Origin: an uncultured Planctomycetia bacterium
Lineage (GTDB): Bacteria; Omnitrophota; Gorgyraeia; Pluralincolimonadales; Pluralincolimonadaceae
Direction of reading: 5' to 3'
NCBI GenBank assembly: GCA_964650515.1
Contig: CAZYUB010000005.1
Coordinates: forward strand, 12,304-76,303
Length of the DNA: 64,000 bases
Shown: positions 43,707 to 52,947 of the stretch, piece by piece
How positions within the stretch are numbered: position 1 is the first letter of the stretch
How the letters are laid out: each line of letters opens with the position of its first letter
Program-made: the position numbers and the translations under genes
The notes under the pieces: generated by a model
What the model was told of the DNA's origin: nothing
Databases searched by the model: none
What the model saw: the letters and a program-made list of their open reading frames with translations, nothing else

Positions 43707-44282
43707 GTGGACGAAGAGGCCGGGCTTATAGAGCGGGCAAGGAACGGCGAGCGGGCCGCCTTCAATTCGCTTGTGGACATGCACAAGGAGAAGGCGTTCG
43801 CGCTCGCGTTCAGTTTTATCGGCAACGTGGAGGACGCAAAGGATGTCCTGCAGGAAGCGTTCGTGAAGGCCTATATTGGCGTGATAAATTTTAGGGGCTC
43901 TTCGAAATTTTACACGTGGTTCTACAGGATACTGGTGAACCAGTGCAAGGATTTCCTCAGGAAGAAGAAGGCCAGGAGCGGCGTCTTCCTCGATCCGCTG
44001 CCTCCGTCCGAAGACGGCGAGGACGACGCTCCGGAAGCGGTGGACCCGGCCCCGCTGCCTTCGCAGGCGGCGCTGGACAGGGAGACGAGGCAGATGATAA
44101 ACGACGCGGTGACCGAACTGCCGGAGAGGCAGAAGGCCGTATTCATGCTGAAACATATACAGGGAATGAAATTAAACGAGATCGCCGAAACAGTGGGCTG
44201 CAGCGAATCGACCGCGAAGGTCCACCTCTTCAGGGCGGTAAGGGGGTTAAGATGCAAACTGGCAAAAAATTTGACGACCTGA
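43707..44282 (+). CDS. ECF-subfamily RNA polymerase sigma-70 factor.
   Basis: Region 2 reads ERAAFNSLVDMHKEKAFALAFSFIGNVEDAKDVLQEAFVKAY. Region 4 reads [45 protein letters not shown]. Confidence 0.85.
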   Translation: MDEEAGLIERARNGERAAFNSLVDMHKEKAFALAFSFIGNVEDAKDVLQEAFVKAYIGVINFRGSSKFYTWFYRILVNQCKDFLRKKKARSGVFLDPLPPSEDGEDDAPEAVDPAPLPSQAALDRETRQMINDAVTELPERQKAVFMLKHIQGMKLNEIAETVGCSESTAKVHLFRAVRGLRCKLAKNLTT

Positions 44283-44623
44283 TATCCAAGGCGCCTATGC
44301 CTAAGATGCCGAAGGGCTTTTGGGCCAGGTTCGATGCCGAACTGGGCGCGAAGCTCGACAGGGCCGAAATAAAGCGTATCTCGGTCAGGTCGGCCGTGCT
44401 CGGTGTGCTGGAGGATCTCAGGGCCGCCTTCGCAAATCCCGAGTTCAAGCGCGCACTCGCGACCGCCTCGGCGGCGGTAATGGTGGTCGGTTTCAGCATA
44501 ATATTCGCCGCCAAAGGGGGGCCGGGGCTCTATCCCGTCTCTTCCCTGACGAGCGAAGAGCTTGTGGATGAGATAGTCATGCTCGACGCCTACCCGGCCA
44601 GCGAAAATATAATTGACTTTTAG
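44252..44623 (+). CDS. Putative anti-sigma factor, 124 aa with a single TM.
   Basis: The ATG at 44252 is Met113 of track ORF 43916..44623 and overlaps the sigma gene by 31 nt. TM segment: [14 protein letters not shown]. Gene order and topology are typical of ECF anti-sigma factors. Confidence 0.5.
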   Translation: MQTGKKFDDLISKAPMPKMPKGFWARFDAELGAKLDRAEIKRISVRSAVLGVLEDLRAAFANPEFKRALATASAAVMVVGFSIIFAAKGGPGLYPVSSLTSEELVDEIVMLDAYPASENIIDF

Positions 44624-44648
44624 CCCCTTTGAATATAGAATAGGGGCC

Positions 44649-45524
44649 ATGTCAAGGTTAAAGATAGGACTACCAAAGGGTAGCCTTCAAGAGGCTACCT
44701 TTAAGCTGTTTAAGAAGGCCGGATTTTCGATATCCGGCTCCGAAAGGTCGTATTTCCCGTCCGTGGACGACCCCGAGCTTGAGCCCGTGCTGTTGAGGGC
44801 CCAGGAGATGTCCCGCTATGTCGAGCAGGGCATCCTCGACTGCGGCATAACCGGCAACGACTGGGTGCTCGAGAACGGCTCGGACGTGGTCCGCGTCGAA
44901 GAGCTTACCTACGCCAAACAGAGCTTAAACCCGGTGCGCTGGGTCCTGGCCGTGCCCGAAAAATCGAATATCCGCAGCATCAGGGACCTCAACGGCAAGC
45001 GTATAGCCACCGAGCTCGTGAATTTCACGAGGGATTACCTGAAGAACAAGAAGGTTAAGGCGGAGGTGGAGTTCTCGTGGGGCGCGACAGAGGCGAAGGT
45101 CTATTCCGGCCTCGTAGACGCCATCGTGGAGCTTACCGAGACCGGCTCGTCGCTGAGGGCGCACAACCTGAAGATAGTCGAGACATTATGCACTTCCACC
45201 ACGCAGCTTATCGCGAACAGGAAATCCTGGAAGGACGCGTGGAAGAAGTCGAAGATAGAGAAGATCGCGATACTGCTCAAGGGCGCCATCGCGGCCGAGG
45301 AGAAGGTCGGCCTCAAGATGAACATAAAGGAGGGCGACCTCAAGAAGGTGCTCGGCGTGCTGCCCGCGATGCGCAGGCCGACGATATCCCACCTGAGCGT
45401 CAAGGGATGGGTCGCCGTCGAGACGATAATCGACGAGAAGCAGGTCCGCGAGCTTATACCGAGGTTGAAATCAGCCGGGGCGGAAGGTATCATCGAATAT
45501 CCGCTCAACAAAGTCATATACTAA
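44649..45524 (+). CDS. hisG: ATP phosphoribosyltransferase (long form).
   Basis: [23 protein letters not shown]...[29 protein letters not shown]-terminal regulatory domain is present. The start is Met13 of the track ORF. Confidence 0.85.
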   Translation: MSRLKIGLPKGSLQEATFKLFKKAGFSISGSERSYFPSVDDPELEPVLLRAQEMSRYVEQGILDCGITGNDWVLENGSDVVRVEELTYAKQSLNPVRWVLAVPEKSNIRSIRDLNGKRIATELVNFTRDYLKNKKVKAEVEFSWGATEAKVYSGLVDAIVELTETGSSLRAHNLKIVETLCTSTTQLIANRKSWKDAWKKSKIEKIAILLKGAIAAEEKVGLKMNIKEGDLKKVLGVLPAMRRPTISHLSVKGWVAVETIIDEKQVRELIPRLKSAGAEGIIEYPLNKVIY

Positions 45525-45541
45525 AGGAGGGGAGTCAGAAG

Positions 45542-45637
45542 ATGCCGTGCGGCAAGAAACGTAAAAGAAGGAAGATCAGGACGCACAAGAGGAAAAAGAG
45601 ACTCCGCAGGGACAGGCACAAGAAGAACAAGAACTAG
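45542..45637 (+). CDS. 31-aa hyper-basic peptide (MPCGKKRKRRKIRTHKRKKRLRRDRHKKNKN), possibly a bS22-like small ribosomal protein.
   Basis: A strong AAGGAGGGGAG RBS lies 8-18 nt upstream of the ATG. Its composition resembles the mycobacterial/flavobacterial bS22 (about 30 aa, K/R-rich). It is the last 31 codons of the spurious track ORF 45077..45637. Confidence 0.4.
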   Translation: MPCGKKRKRRKIRTHKRKKRLRRDRHKKNKN

Positions 45638-45646
45638 CGTCTTCCT

Positions 45647-47155
45647 GTGGCCCTGACTTTTTCTCACGTGAAAAAGTATTTTGTCTTATCCGCGATAGGG
45701 GTGGCCCTTTTCATGCTGGTAAAAGGGTCACCCTCGTATTCGAGGTCTTCCGAAGCGAGCCCGGGCACGAGGTCATACGCGCACTTCCTGATGGGCGCGG
45801 TGCTCGACGGCGAGAGCAAATTCGAAAAGGCCATCGAGGAGTACAAGCTCGCGTTGAAGTCCGACCCGGGTTCTTCCACGGTAAACACGAGGATAGCCCT
45901 CGATTACATAAGGCTCAACAAGCCTGACGAGGCCTCGAAGTACCTCGATACAGCCATAGCGAAGGATCCCGACGATACGAAGGCCAGGTTCATCCTCGCG
46001 CTGCTCCATACGATAAACAAGGACTACGACGGGGCGGCGAGGCAGTACGAGGAGATAGTAAAGAGGGACCCGCACGACATAAAAGCCCTCGCTTCGCTCG
46101 CGGACCTCTACGTGTTGCAGCAGAAGATAGAGGAAGCTGCGCAGGCCTACGAGAGCATCCTGAAAGAAGGCAAGAGCTCGAGCCTGATCCATTTTACCCT
46201 CGGGATCTTTTACAGCAAATTAGAGAAATATGACGATGCGCTTTCGCATTTAGACGAGGCGCTGAAGATCGACCCCGATTACTCCGAAGCGCGGCTGAGC
46301 AGGGCCATACTTTACGAGCTTAGGGGCGACTACCCGAAGGCCGAGGAGGACTACAAAAAGATACTCGAGGCCGAGCCGCTGAACACGAAAGTATACAAGC
46401 TGCTCGCGCACGCGTATTACAGGGACGGCAAGACCGGCGAGGCGATAAAGACGTACAAGCTCGCGGTCGACCTCGAGCCGGACAAGGCGGACGGTTATCT
46501 TGAGCTCGCCTACCTCTACCTTAACGAGAAAAAACCGGACGACGCTATAAAGCTGCTCGATAAGGCGGCGGCCCTTAAGGACGAGCCGATGATAAGCGTC
46601 GTCTATATAGTAAAGGGCATGGCGTACTCGCAGAAGGGGCAAAACGACGAGGCGGTCAGGTCGCATAAGAGGGCGGTGGAGCTCGCGCCCAACGATGCGG
46701 AAGGGTATTTTTACCTCGGAGCGGCGTACGAGAAGCAGGGCGACAAAGAGAACGCTAAAGCGCAGCTGAAGAAGGCGATAGAGCTGAACCCGAAACATGC
46801 CGACGCACTGAACTACCTCGGGTATATGTACGCCGAAGAAGGCGTGAACCTTGACGAGGCGGTAGGGATGATAAAACGCGCGATCGAGATCAGCCCGAAC
46901 AACGGCGCGTACGTGGACAGCCTCGGCTGGGCTTATTACCGGAAGGGCATGACCGACGAGGCGATAGCGCAGCTCGAGAAGGCGGTGGCGCTCTACGGCA
47001 AGGACCCGATCCTGTACGACCATCTCGGCGACGCTTATTCGAAGAAGGGACTCAAGGACAAGGCGAAGGACTGCTGGAAAAAGTCCCTGGAACTGAAACC
47101 CGACCAGAAGCAGGTCAGGGAAAAACTGGAAAAATCCGAAAGAGCCCAAAAATAG
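45647..47155 (+). CDS. TPR-repeat protein with an N-terminal signal/anchor.
   Basis: 502 aa with more than 10 TPR units (for example AEGYFYLGAAYEKQGDKENAKAQLKKAIELNPKHADALNYLGYMY). Confidence 0.7.
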   Translation: MALTFSHVKKYFVLSAIGVALFMLVKGSPSYSRSSEASPGTRSYAHFLMGAVLDGESKFEKAIEEYKLALKSDPGSSTVNTRIALDYIRLNKPDEASKYLDTAIAKDPDDTKARFILALLHTINKDYDGAARQYEEIVKRDPHDIKALASLADLYVLQQKIEEAAQAYESILKEGKSSSLIHFTLGIFYSKLEKYDDALSHLDEALKIDPDYSEARLSRAILYELRGDYPKAEEDYKKILEAEPLNTKVYKLLAHAYYRDGKTGEAIKTYKLAVDLEPDKADGYLELAYLYLNEKKPDDAIKLLDKAAALKDEPMISVVYIVKGMAYSQKGQNDEAVRSHKRAVELAPNDAEGYFYLGAAYEKQGDKENAKAQLKKAIELNPKHADALNYLGYMYAEEGVNLDEAVGMIKRAIEISPNNGAYVDSLGWAYYRKGMTDEAIAQLEKAVALYGKDPILYDHLGDAYSKKGLKDKAKDCWKKSLELKPDQKQVREKLEKSERAQK

Positions 47156-47983
47156 ATGAACAGGCCAAGCGTAGAACAGCTTAAGGGGATAGCGAAGGAG
47201 ATAAGGAAGGACGTCGTCACGATGCTTTCCGAGGCAGGCTCGGGGCATACTTCCGGTTCGCTTTCGTGCGTAGATATCATTGTCGCGCTGTATTATTACA
47301 AGCTGCAGAACGACCCGAAAAACCCAAAGTGGGCCGACAGGGACAGGTTCATACTTTCAAAGGGCCATACTTGCCCGACGCTCTACGCGGTGCTCGCGCG
47401 CAGGGGATTTTTCCCTTGCGAGGAACTCATGACACTGCGCAAGCGCGGCTCGATATTGCAGGGGCACGCGAGCCTTTGCACGCCCGGATGCGAAGCATCG
47501 ACCGGTTCGCTGGGCCAGGGGCTTTCGATTGCCAACGGCGTCGCGCTGGCGGCGCGGCTTGACTTCAAGGATTACAGGATATACTGCCTTATGGGCGACG
47601 GCGAACAGGACGAGGGCCAGGTATGGGAGGCCGCTATGACAGCCGCCCATTACAAGATAGACAACCTCTGCGCGATAATAGATTACAACAAGCAGCAGAT
47701 AGACGGATGGCTCAGCGATGTCAAGAACATCGAGCCGCTCAGGGAAAAATGGTCGGCGTTCGGATGGAACGTCATCGAGGCGGACGGCCATGATTTCAAG
47801 CAGTTGATGGACGCGCTCGACAAGGCGGAGATGATAAAGGGCAAGCCGACCGTCATAATAGCGCATACGGTCAAGGGCAAGGGCGTCTCGTTCATAGAGA
47901 AGAACTCGGTCGGTTTCCACGGCACGGCACCCAAGAAGGCCGACCTGGAAAAGGCCATAAAAGAGATAGAAGAGGGGATATAA
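47156..47983 (+). CDS. Transketolase, N-terminal (TPP-binding) subunit.
   Basis: GSGHTSGSLSCVDIIVALYY...DRFILSKGHTCPTLYAVL...LMGDGEQDEGQVWEA. It is a separate 275-aa ORF. Confidence 0.85.
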   Translation: MNRPSVEQLKGIAKEIRKDVVTMLSEAGSGHTSGSLSCVDIIVALYYYKLQNDPKNPKWADRDRFILSKGHTCPTLYAVLARRGFFPCEELMTLRKRGSILQGHASLCTPGCEASTGSLGQGLSIANGVALAARLDFKDYRIYCLMGDGEQDEGQVWEAAMTAAHYKIDNLCAIIDYNKQQIDGWLSDVKNIEPLREKWSAFGWNVIEADGHDFKQLMDALDKAEMIKGKPTVIIAHTVKGKGVSFIEKNSVGFHGTAPKKADLEKAIKEIEEGI

Positions 47984-47987
47984 TCAA

Positions 47988-48929
47988 ATGGCTGACCTGA
48001 AACCTACACGCGACGGGTTCGGAGAAGCGCTCGTCGAACTCGGGAAGGTGAACCAGAACGTCGTTGTGCTCTCCGCAGACCTTACGTCTTCGGTCAGGGC
48101 CAACTGGTTCAGGGACAAATATCCCGAGAGGTTCTTCGATTTCGGGGTCGCCGAGCAGGACATGATGTCCGCGGCCGCCGGTTTCGCTTTAGGCGGCAAG
48201 ATACCTTTCGCGGCGACGTTCGGCATCTTCGCGTCGGGGCGCGCGTGGGACCAGATCCGCTTGTCGATATGCCATATGAACCTTAACGTGAAGGTCGTCG
48301 GCAGCCACGGCGGGATCTCCGTCGGGCCGGACGGCGCGTCGCACCAGGCGCTCGAAGAGATTACGTTGATGCGCGTGCTTCCCAACATGACGGTCATAGT
48401 GCCGTGCGATTCCGAAGAGGCGCGCCTCGCTACACTAGCCGCAGCTACGCATAAGGGGCCGGTCTACCTGCGCCTCGGTCGCGAGCCGTTCCCGATCATC
48501 ACAAGTTACAAAGGGGATTACAAGATAGGGAAAGCGGTGACGATGGCCGACGGTTCGGACCTCACGATAGTCGGCACCGGCATAATGGTCCAGGAGGCGA
48601 TGAAAGCCCTTGAAGACCTGAAGAAGCAGGGCATATCGGCCCGCGTGATAGACCTTCATACGATAAAGCCCATAGACAAGGATACGCTTATAAAGGCGGC
48701 AAAGGAGACGGGCGCGATAGTCACCGCGGAAGAGCATACGGTCGTGGGCGGCATGGGAAGCGCCGTAGCCGAAGTGCTCGCCGAGAACCAGCCCGCGCCT
48801 GTCCGTATGGTCGGCATGAGGGACAGGTTCGGTGAATCCGGGGAAGCGAGGGACCTCATGAAGTATTTCGGCCTCGACTCCGCGGGCATCGTGAAGGCCG
48901 CGCTCGAAGTCCTCAAGCTGAAAAAGTAA
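47988..48929 (+). CDS. Transketolase, C-terminal (pyrimidine-binding) subunit.
   Basis: DFGVAEQDMMSAAAGFALGGKIPFAATF...GPDGASHQALEEITLMRVLPNM. 313 aa. Confidence 0.85.
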   Translation: MADLKPTRDGFGEALVELGKVNQNVVVLSADLTSSVRANWFRDKYPERFFDFGVAEQDMMSAAAGFALGGKIPFAATFGIFASGRAWDQIRLSICHMNLNVKVVGSHGGISVGPDGASHQALEEITLMRVLPNMTVIVPCDSEEARLATLAAATHKGPVYLRLGREPFPIITSYKGDYKIGKAVTMADGSDLTIVGTGIMVQEAMKALEDLKKQGISARVIDLHTIKPIDKDTLIKAAKETGAIVTAEEHTVVGGMGSAVAEVLAENQPAPVRMVGMRDRFGESGEARDLMKYFGLDSAGIVKAALEVLKLKK

Positions 48930-49792
48930 TGCTTTCGGTAACCTTAAAGTCACCCGCCAAGATAAACCTTTACCTCAGGGTCCTCGGCAAGAGGCCCGAC
49001 GGTTACCATGATATCGAGACCATCTTCGAGCGCATAGACCTCTGCGACGAACTCTCCTTCAGGCCAATCCCGGAACAGATCGTCGTAAAATGCGACGACC
49101 CGCAAGTGCCTTGCGACCAGCGCAACCTTGTATATAAGGCCGCGCAAATGCTCAAGGACCGCTACGCGATACCTTCCCTCGGAGTGGAGATAACATTAAA
49201 GAAGAATATACCGGTCGCCGCGGGCCTCGGAGGCGCCAGCTCGAACTGCGCCTATACGCTGCGCGGCTTGAACGAATTATGGGGGCTTAAACTGGAAAAG
49301 CGGGAGATATTCGAGATCGGCAGCGCGATAGGGGCCGATGTCGCCTTCTTCCTGCTGGATACCGGCAGGGCGATAGGCCGAGGCAGGGGCGAGGCCCTCG
49401 AGGCGGTGCCCCAGGGCGCCGACTTCTGGTACCTGCTCGTGAACCCGGGCTTCCCGGTGCTCGCAAAAGACGCCTATCAGGGCCTAAATTTGGGCTTGAC
49501 ACCCACCCCCGGCCATAGTAGAATCAATCCCGCGTCTCTTGAGGGTATCGATACCGATAGGCTTAAGGGGCTAATATTTAATAGTTTAGAAGACCCGGTG
49601 GTTCGCAAGCACGTTGCCATCTCCGAGATCAAGTCAGAAATCACCAGATCCGGGCTTAAAGTAGTAATGATGAGCGGAAGCGGGCCAACTGTCTTTGGAG
49701 CGGCCTCAAGCAAGGAAGAGGTCCTCGATGCCAGGAGCAGGCTTGCGTTAAAGGAGGGCTGGCGGGCTTTCATCGCGTCAACGCTTTGGTAG
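48929..49792 (+). CDS. ispE: 4-diphosphocytidyl-2-C-methyl-D-erythritol kinase.
   Basis: The N-terminal PAKINLYLRVLGKRPDGYHDIETIF is a GHMP kinase motif. The ATP-binding loop reads IPVAAGLGGASSN. Confidence 0.85.
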   Translation: MLSVTLKSPAKINLYLRVLGKRPDGYHDIETIFERIDLCDELSFRPIPEQIVVKCDDPQVPCDQRNLVYKAAQMLKDRYAIPSLGVEITLKKNIPVAAGLGGASSNCAYTLRGLNELWGLKLEKREIFEIGSAIGADVAFFLLDTGRAIGRGRGEALEAVPQGADFWYLLVNPGFPVLAKDAYQGLNLGLTPTPGHSRINPASLEGIDTDRLKGLIFNSLEDPVVRKHVAISEIKSEITRSGLKVVMMSGSGPTVFGAASSKEEVLDARSRLALKEGWRAFIASTLW

Positions 49793-49831
49793 GCCGGCCG
49801 CTTTCATCCATGGCAAAAAGGAGCGGGTCAG

Positions 49832-50266
49832 ATGGTCATTACCGAGGTAAGGGTCTTTCTTAAGGAAGGTCAGGACAAAAAACTAAAAGCATACGCAACG
49901 GTGACATTTGACAATTGTTTCGTAGTAAGGAATATTAAGGTAATAGAAGGACAGAAGGGGCTGTTCGTAGCGATGCCTTCGAGGAAGATGAAGGAGTCGT
50001 GCCCGAAGTGCAGGTTCAAGAACGTCGTTCGTTCAAAATATTGCAATAACTGCGGCGGTAACCTGGAGAACATCGTCCGCCCGGCGGCTAAATCGCCGGA
50101 GGAAGAGGCCTCGGCCCGCCAGTCAGAGCATAAAGATATAGCCCATCCGATCACTCTCGAGTTCAGGGAGCTGATCCAGAAGAAAGTCCTGGACGCTTTC
50201 GACGGCGAGAAGAAGAAGGGCCCCGCCCCCGTCAGAGGGGGAGATTACGCAGAAGAAGAGGACTAA
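49832..50266 (+). CDS. spoVG: SpoVG-family protein with an inserted CxxC-x12-CxxC zinc ribbon of about 45 aa.
   Basis: The SpoVG core reads [52 protein letters not shown] ... [22 protein letters not shown]. An insertion ([38 protein letters not shown]) interrupts it. An AAAGGAG RBS lies upstream. Confidence 0.8.
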   Translation: [144 protein letters not shown]

Positions 50267-50278
50267 TCCCACAGGGAT

Positions 50279-50310
50279 AGGCCTACCCGCTCCACTAAGG
50301 GTAGGGCCTA
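50279..50310 (+). terminator. GC-rich hairpin (AGGCCTACCC / GGGTAGG(G)CCT, 10 bp with one bulge) between spoVG and tRNA-Gln. It could be a terminator or an RNA-processing structure.
   Basis: Read from the sequence. Only a weak T-run follows (TAGTTTGAATTCTT). Confidence 0.3.
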
Positions 50311-50331
50311 GCCCAGTAGTTTGAATTCTTC

Positions 50332-50405
50332 TGCCCGGTAGTGTAAAGGTAGCACACGAGAATTTGGATCTCGGCGTTGAGGTTCGAATCCTCACCGGGC
50401 AACCA
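50332..50405 (+). tRNA. tRNA-Gln (anticodon UUG) with the CCA end encoded.
   Basis: Cloverleaf folded by hand. The 7-bp acceptor stem UGCCCGG/CCGGGCA includes a U1:A72 pair, as in E. coli tRNA-Gln. The D-stem is GUGU/GCAC. The anticodon stem is CGAGA/UCUCG with loop AUUUGGA. The T-arm is UGAGG-UUCGAAU-CCUCA. The discriminator A is followed by CCA. Confidence 0.8.
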
Positions 50406-50421
50406 GTGCGGGACATATAAA

Positions 50422-51663
50422 ATGGCAGAAAGATGCTCGTTTTGCGGGAAATCCCGCGAAAAAGTAAAGAAACTTTTCTCCGGGCAGGGCGCATATATCT
50501 GTGAGAGCTGCGTCAAGCTTTGCAGCCAGATACTGTCCAGCGACGAGGAAGAGGAGCTGAAGACCAAGCGTGAGGCGAAGGTCAAGGAACTCCTGAAGCC
50601 CGCGGAGATAAAGCGCCAGCTCGACCAATACATTATCGGCCAGGAGCGCGCAAAGCGCCAGCTTTCGGTCGCCGTCTACAACCATTACAAGAGGATAATA
50701 ACGCAGGCCCAGAACCGCGACGTCGAGTTCGAGAAATCGAACGTGTTGCTTATCGGCCCGACCGGTTCGGGAAAGACGCTGCTTGCCAGGACGCTCGCGA
50801 AGGTCCTCGATGTGCCGTTCGCCCTCTGCGACGCGACTCCCCTTACGGAGGCGGGATACGTCGGAGAGGACGTCGAGAACGTGCTACTGCGGCTCCTGCA
50901 GGCGTGCAACTACGACGTGAAGCGCGCGCAGTTCGGCATAATATATATCGACGAGATAGACAAGATAGGTAAGACGCAGGAGAACGTCTCGGTAACGAGG
51001 GACGTCTCGGGCGAGGGCGTCCAGCAGGCGCTGCTCAAGATACTCGAAGGCACGACCGCGAACGTGCCGCCTCAGGGCGGAAGGAAACACCCCCAGCAGG
51101 AATATATCCAGATAGACACGACGAATATACTCTTCATATGCGGCGGGACGTTCTCGACGCTCGACAAGATAATCGAACGCAGGGCCGGAAAGAAGACGAT
51201 AGGGTTCAATAACCAGGAAGACAGGACGAAGAAGCTCGGCGAGGTGCTCTCGCAGGTCGAGCCGGAGGACCTGCTGAAGTTCGGCATGATACCCGAGTTC
51301 GTCGGGCGTTTCCCGGTCGTCGCGACGCTGAACCCTCTCGACGAGAAGGACCTTATCGAGGTCCTCGTAAGGCCGCGGAACTCGCTGATCAAGCAGTACA
51401 CGAAATTTTTCGAGATGGAGAACGTGAAGCTTTCGTTCCCGGACGAGGCGCTTGCCGCTATCGCGAAGAAAGCGATGCACAAGGGCACCGGAGCCAGGGC
51501 GCTGCGCTCCATCCTCGAGGAGATAATGTTCGAAGTGATGTATGATATCCCTTCTCAGAACGAGATTGCGGAGTGCGTCATCACGCCTGAATGCATAACG
51601 CGCGGGGTCAAGCCCATACTGATCACCCGCGACGAAGAAAAAGACAAGCGTAAGATAGCGTAG
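50422..51663 (+). CDS. clpX: ATP-dependent Clp protease ATP-binding subunit ClpX.
   Basis: N-terminal zinc-binding domain CSFCGK...CESC. Walker A motif [14 protein letters not shown]. Characteristic IYIDEIDKI segment. The ATG at 50422 was chosen; the track's TTG start at 50377 would overlap the tRNA. Confidence 0.9.
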   Translation: MAERCSFCGKSREKVKKLFSGQGAYICESCVKLCSQILSSDEEEELKTKREAKVKELLKPAEIKRQLDQYIIGQERAKRQLSVAVYNHYKRIITQAQNRDVEFEKSNVLLIGPTGSGKTLLARTLAKVLDVPFALCDATPLTEAGYVGEDVENVLLRLLQACNYDVKRAQFGIIYIDEIDKIGKTQENVSVTRDVSGEGVQQALLKILEGTTANVPPQGGRKHPQQEYIQIDTTNILFICGGTFSTLDKIIERRAGKKTIGFNNQEDRTKKLGEVLSQVEPEDLLKFGMIPEFVGRFPVVATLNPLDEKDLIEVLVRPRNSLIKQYTKFFEMENVKLSFPDEALAAIAKKAMHKGTGARALRSILEEIMFEVMYDIPSQNEIAECVITPECITRGVKPILITRDEEKDKRKIA

Positions 51664-51675
51664 AAGGCGGTTTAA

Positions 51676-52947
51676 TTGAGCGGTTTCGGCTGCATAATCC
51701 TTGCCGCCGGCAAGGGCACGCGTTTTTTTTCGGATACTCCGAAAGTCCTGCATGACCTGCACGGTGAACCCGTCCTGCAGCATGTCCTGGAGACGGCGAA
51801 GTCGGCGGGATTCCGCCGTCCGGTCGTCGTCGTGGGGCGCGGGTCCGACGCGCTGGAGCGCTTTCTCAAAGGCCGCGCGGCGCCTGTAGTCCAGAAGAGG
51901 CAGCTCGGTACCGCAGATGCGGTAAAGTCGGCCGAAAGGCAGCTTTCGAAGTACGATGATATTGCGGTCCTCTACGGCGATGTCCCGCTTGTGCGCGAAG
52001 AGACGCTGAAGTCGCTGGTCGGGTCCCATAAGGCGTCGGGCGCGTCATGCACGGTGCTGACCGTGGAGATGGATGACCCTTCGGGATACGGCAGGATCGT
52101 GCGCGGCATCTTAGGCGACGTCGAAGCGATCGTCGAGGATAAAGAGGTGTCCAAAGAAGAGAGGGAGATCCGCGAGATAAACGTCGGGCTCTACTGCTTT
52201 GACAATAAAGACCTTTTCGGCGCAATAAAAAGGATACGCAAGTCAAAAATAAAGAAAGAATATTACCTGACGGACGCTATAGCAATACTGATATCCGCGG
52301 GAAAGCGGGTCAGGGCTTTCAAAACCAGGGATCCCGACGAGTCGATCGGGATGAATTCGAGGTCTGATTTGGCGAACGCATATTCGATAATAAGCAGGAG
52401 GAAAGCGTCGGAGCTGAACAGTGGCTCCGTGACGGTGCTCGACCCGGCCTCGACGTTCATCGCGCCGGACGCGAAGATCGGCAGGGACACGGTGATATAT
52501 CCTTTCACGGTCATCGAGAAAGGTGTCGTTATAGGCAGGCGCTGCTCGATAGGGCCGTTCTGCAGGCTCAGGCCCGGAACCGTCATAGAGGACGATGCCG
52601 AAGTAGGCAATTTCGTCGAGGTTGTCCGCAGCAGGATAGGCAGCGGGGCCAAAGCGAAACATTTGACGTACCTCGGCGACTCCGTCATAGGTAAGGGCGC
52701 CAACATAGGTTGCGGGACCATCACGGCGAATTACGACGGCAGGAAGAAGAGCAGGACGTCCGTGGGGGATAAAGCGTTTATCGGGAGCGGCACGGTACTT
52801 GTCGCGCCCGTGAAGATAGGCAGCGGCGCGGTAACGGGCGCCGGAAGTGTCGTGTTAAAAAATAAAAATGTGCCGGCGCGCAAAGTCGCGGTGGGTGTAC
52901 CGGCGAGGATATTGGACAGGTCTAAAAACAAAAAGGGAAAAAGATGA
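51676..52947 (+). CDS. glmU: Bifunctional UDP-N-acetylglucosamine pyrophosphorylase / glucosamine-1-phosphate N-acetyltransferase.
   Basis: The N-terminal nucleotidyltransferase motif is ILAAGKGTRF. The C-terminal left-handed beta-helix hexapeptide repeats are present. Confidence 0.85.
   Translation: MSGFGCIILAAGKGTRFFSDTPKVLHDLHGEPVLQHVLETAKSAGFRRPVVVVGRGSDALERFLKGRAAPVVQKRQLGTADAVKSAERQLSKYDDIAVLYGDVPLVREETLKSLVGSHKASGASCTVLTVEMDDPSGYGRIVRGILGDVEAIVEDKEVSKEEREIREINVGLYCFDNKDLFGAIKRIRKSKIKKEYYLTDAIAILISAGKRVRAFKTRDPDESIGMNSRSDLANAYSIISRRKASELNSGSVTVLDPASTFIAPDAKIGRDTVIYPFTVIEKGVVIGRRCSIGPFCRLRPGTVIEDDAEVGNFVEVVRSRIGSGAKAKHLTYLGDSVIGKGANIGCGTITANYDGRKKSRTSVGDKAFIGSGTVLVAPVKIGSGAVTGAGSVVLKNKNVPARKVAVGVPARILDRSKNKKGKR

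Noticed and set aside
43170-44156. The upstream 329 codons of the 804-aa minus-strand ORF 41742..44156.
   Set aside because: Only the C-terminal 476 aa, starting at the ATG at 43169 with an AGGAG RBS, look like a real protein (a PpiD-like PPIase). The rest is antisense to the Spy-like, ECF sigma and anti-sigma genes and is low complexity.
45077-45541. The N-terminal 155 codons of the + strand ORF 45077..45637.
   Set aside because: This part is out of frame within hisG and is Arg/Gly/Asp low complexity. Only the last 31 codons (45542..45637) have their own RBS and are plausibly real.
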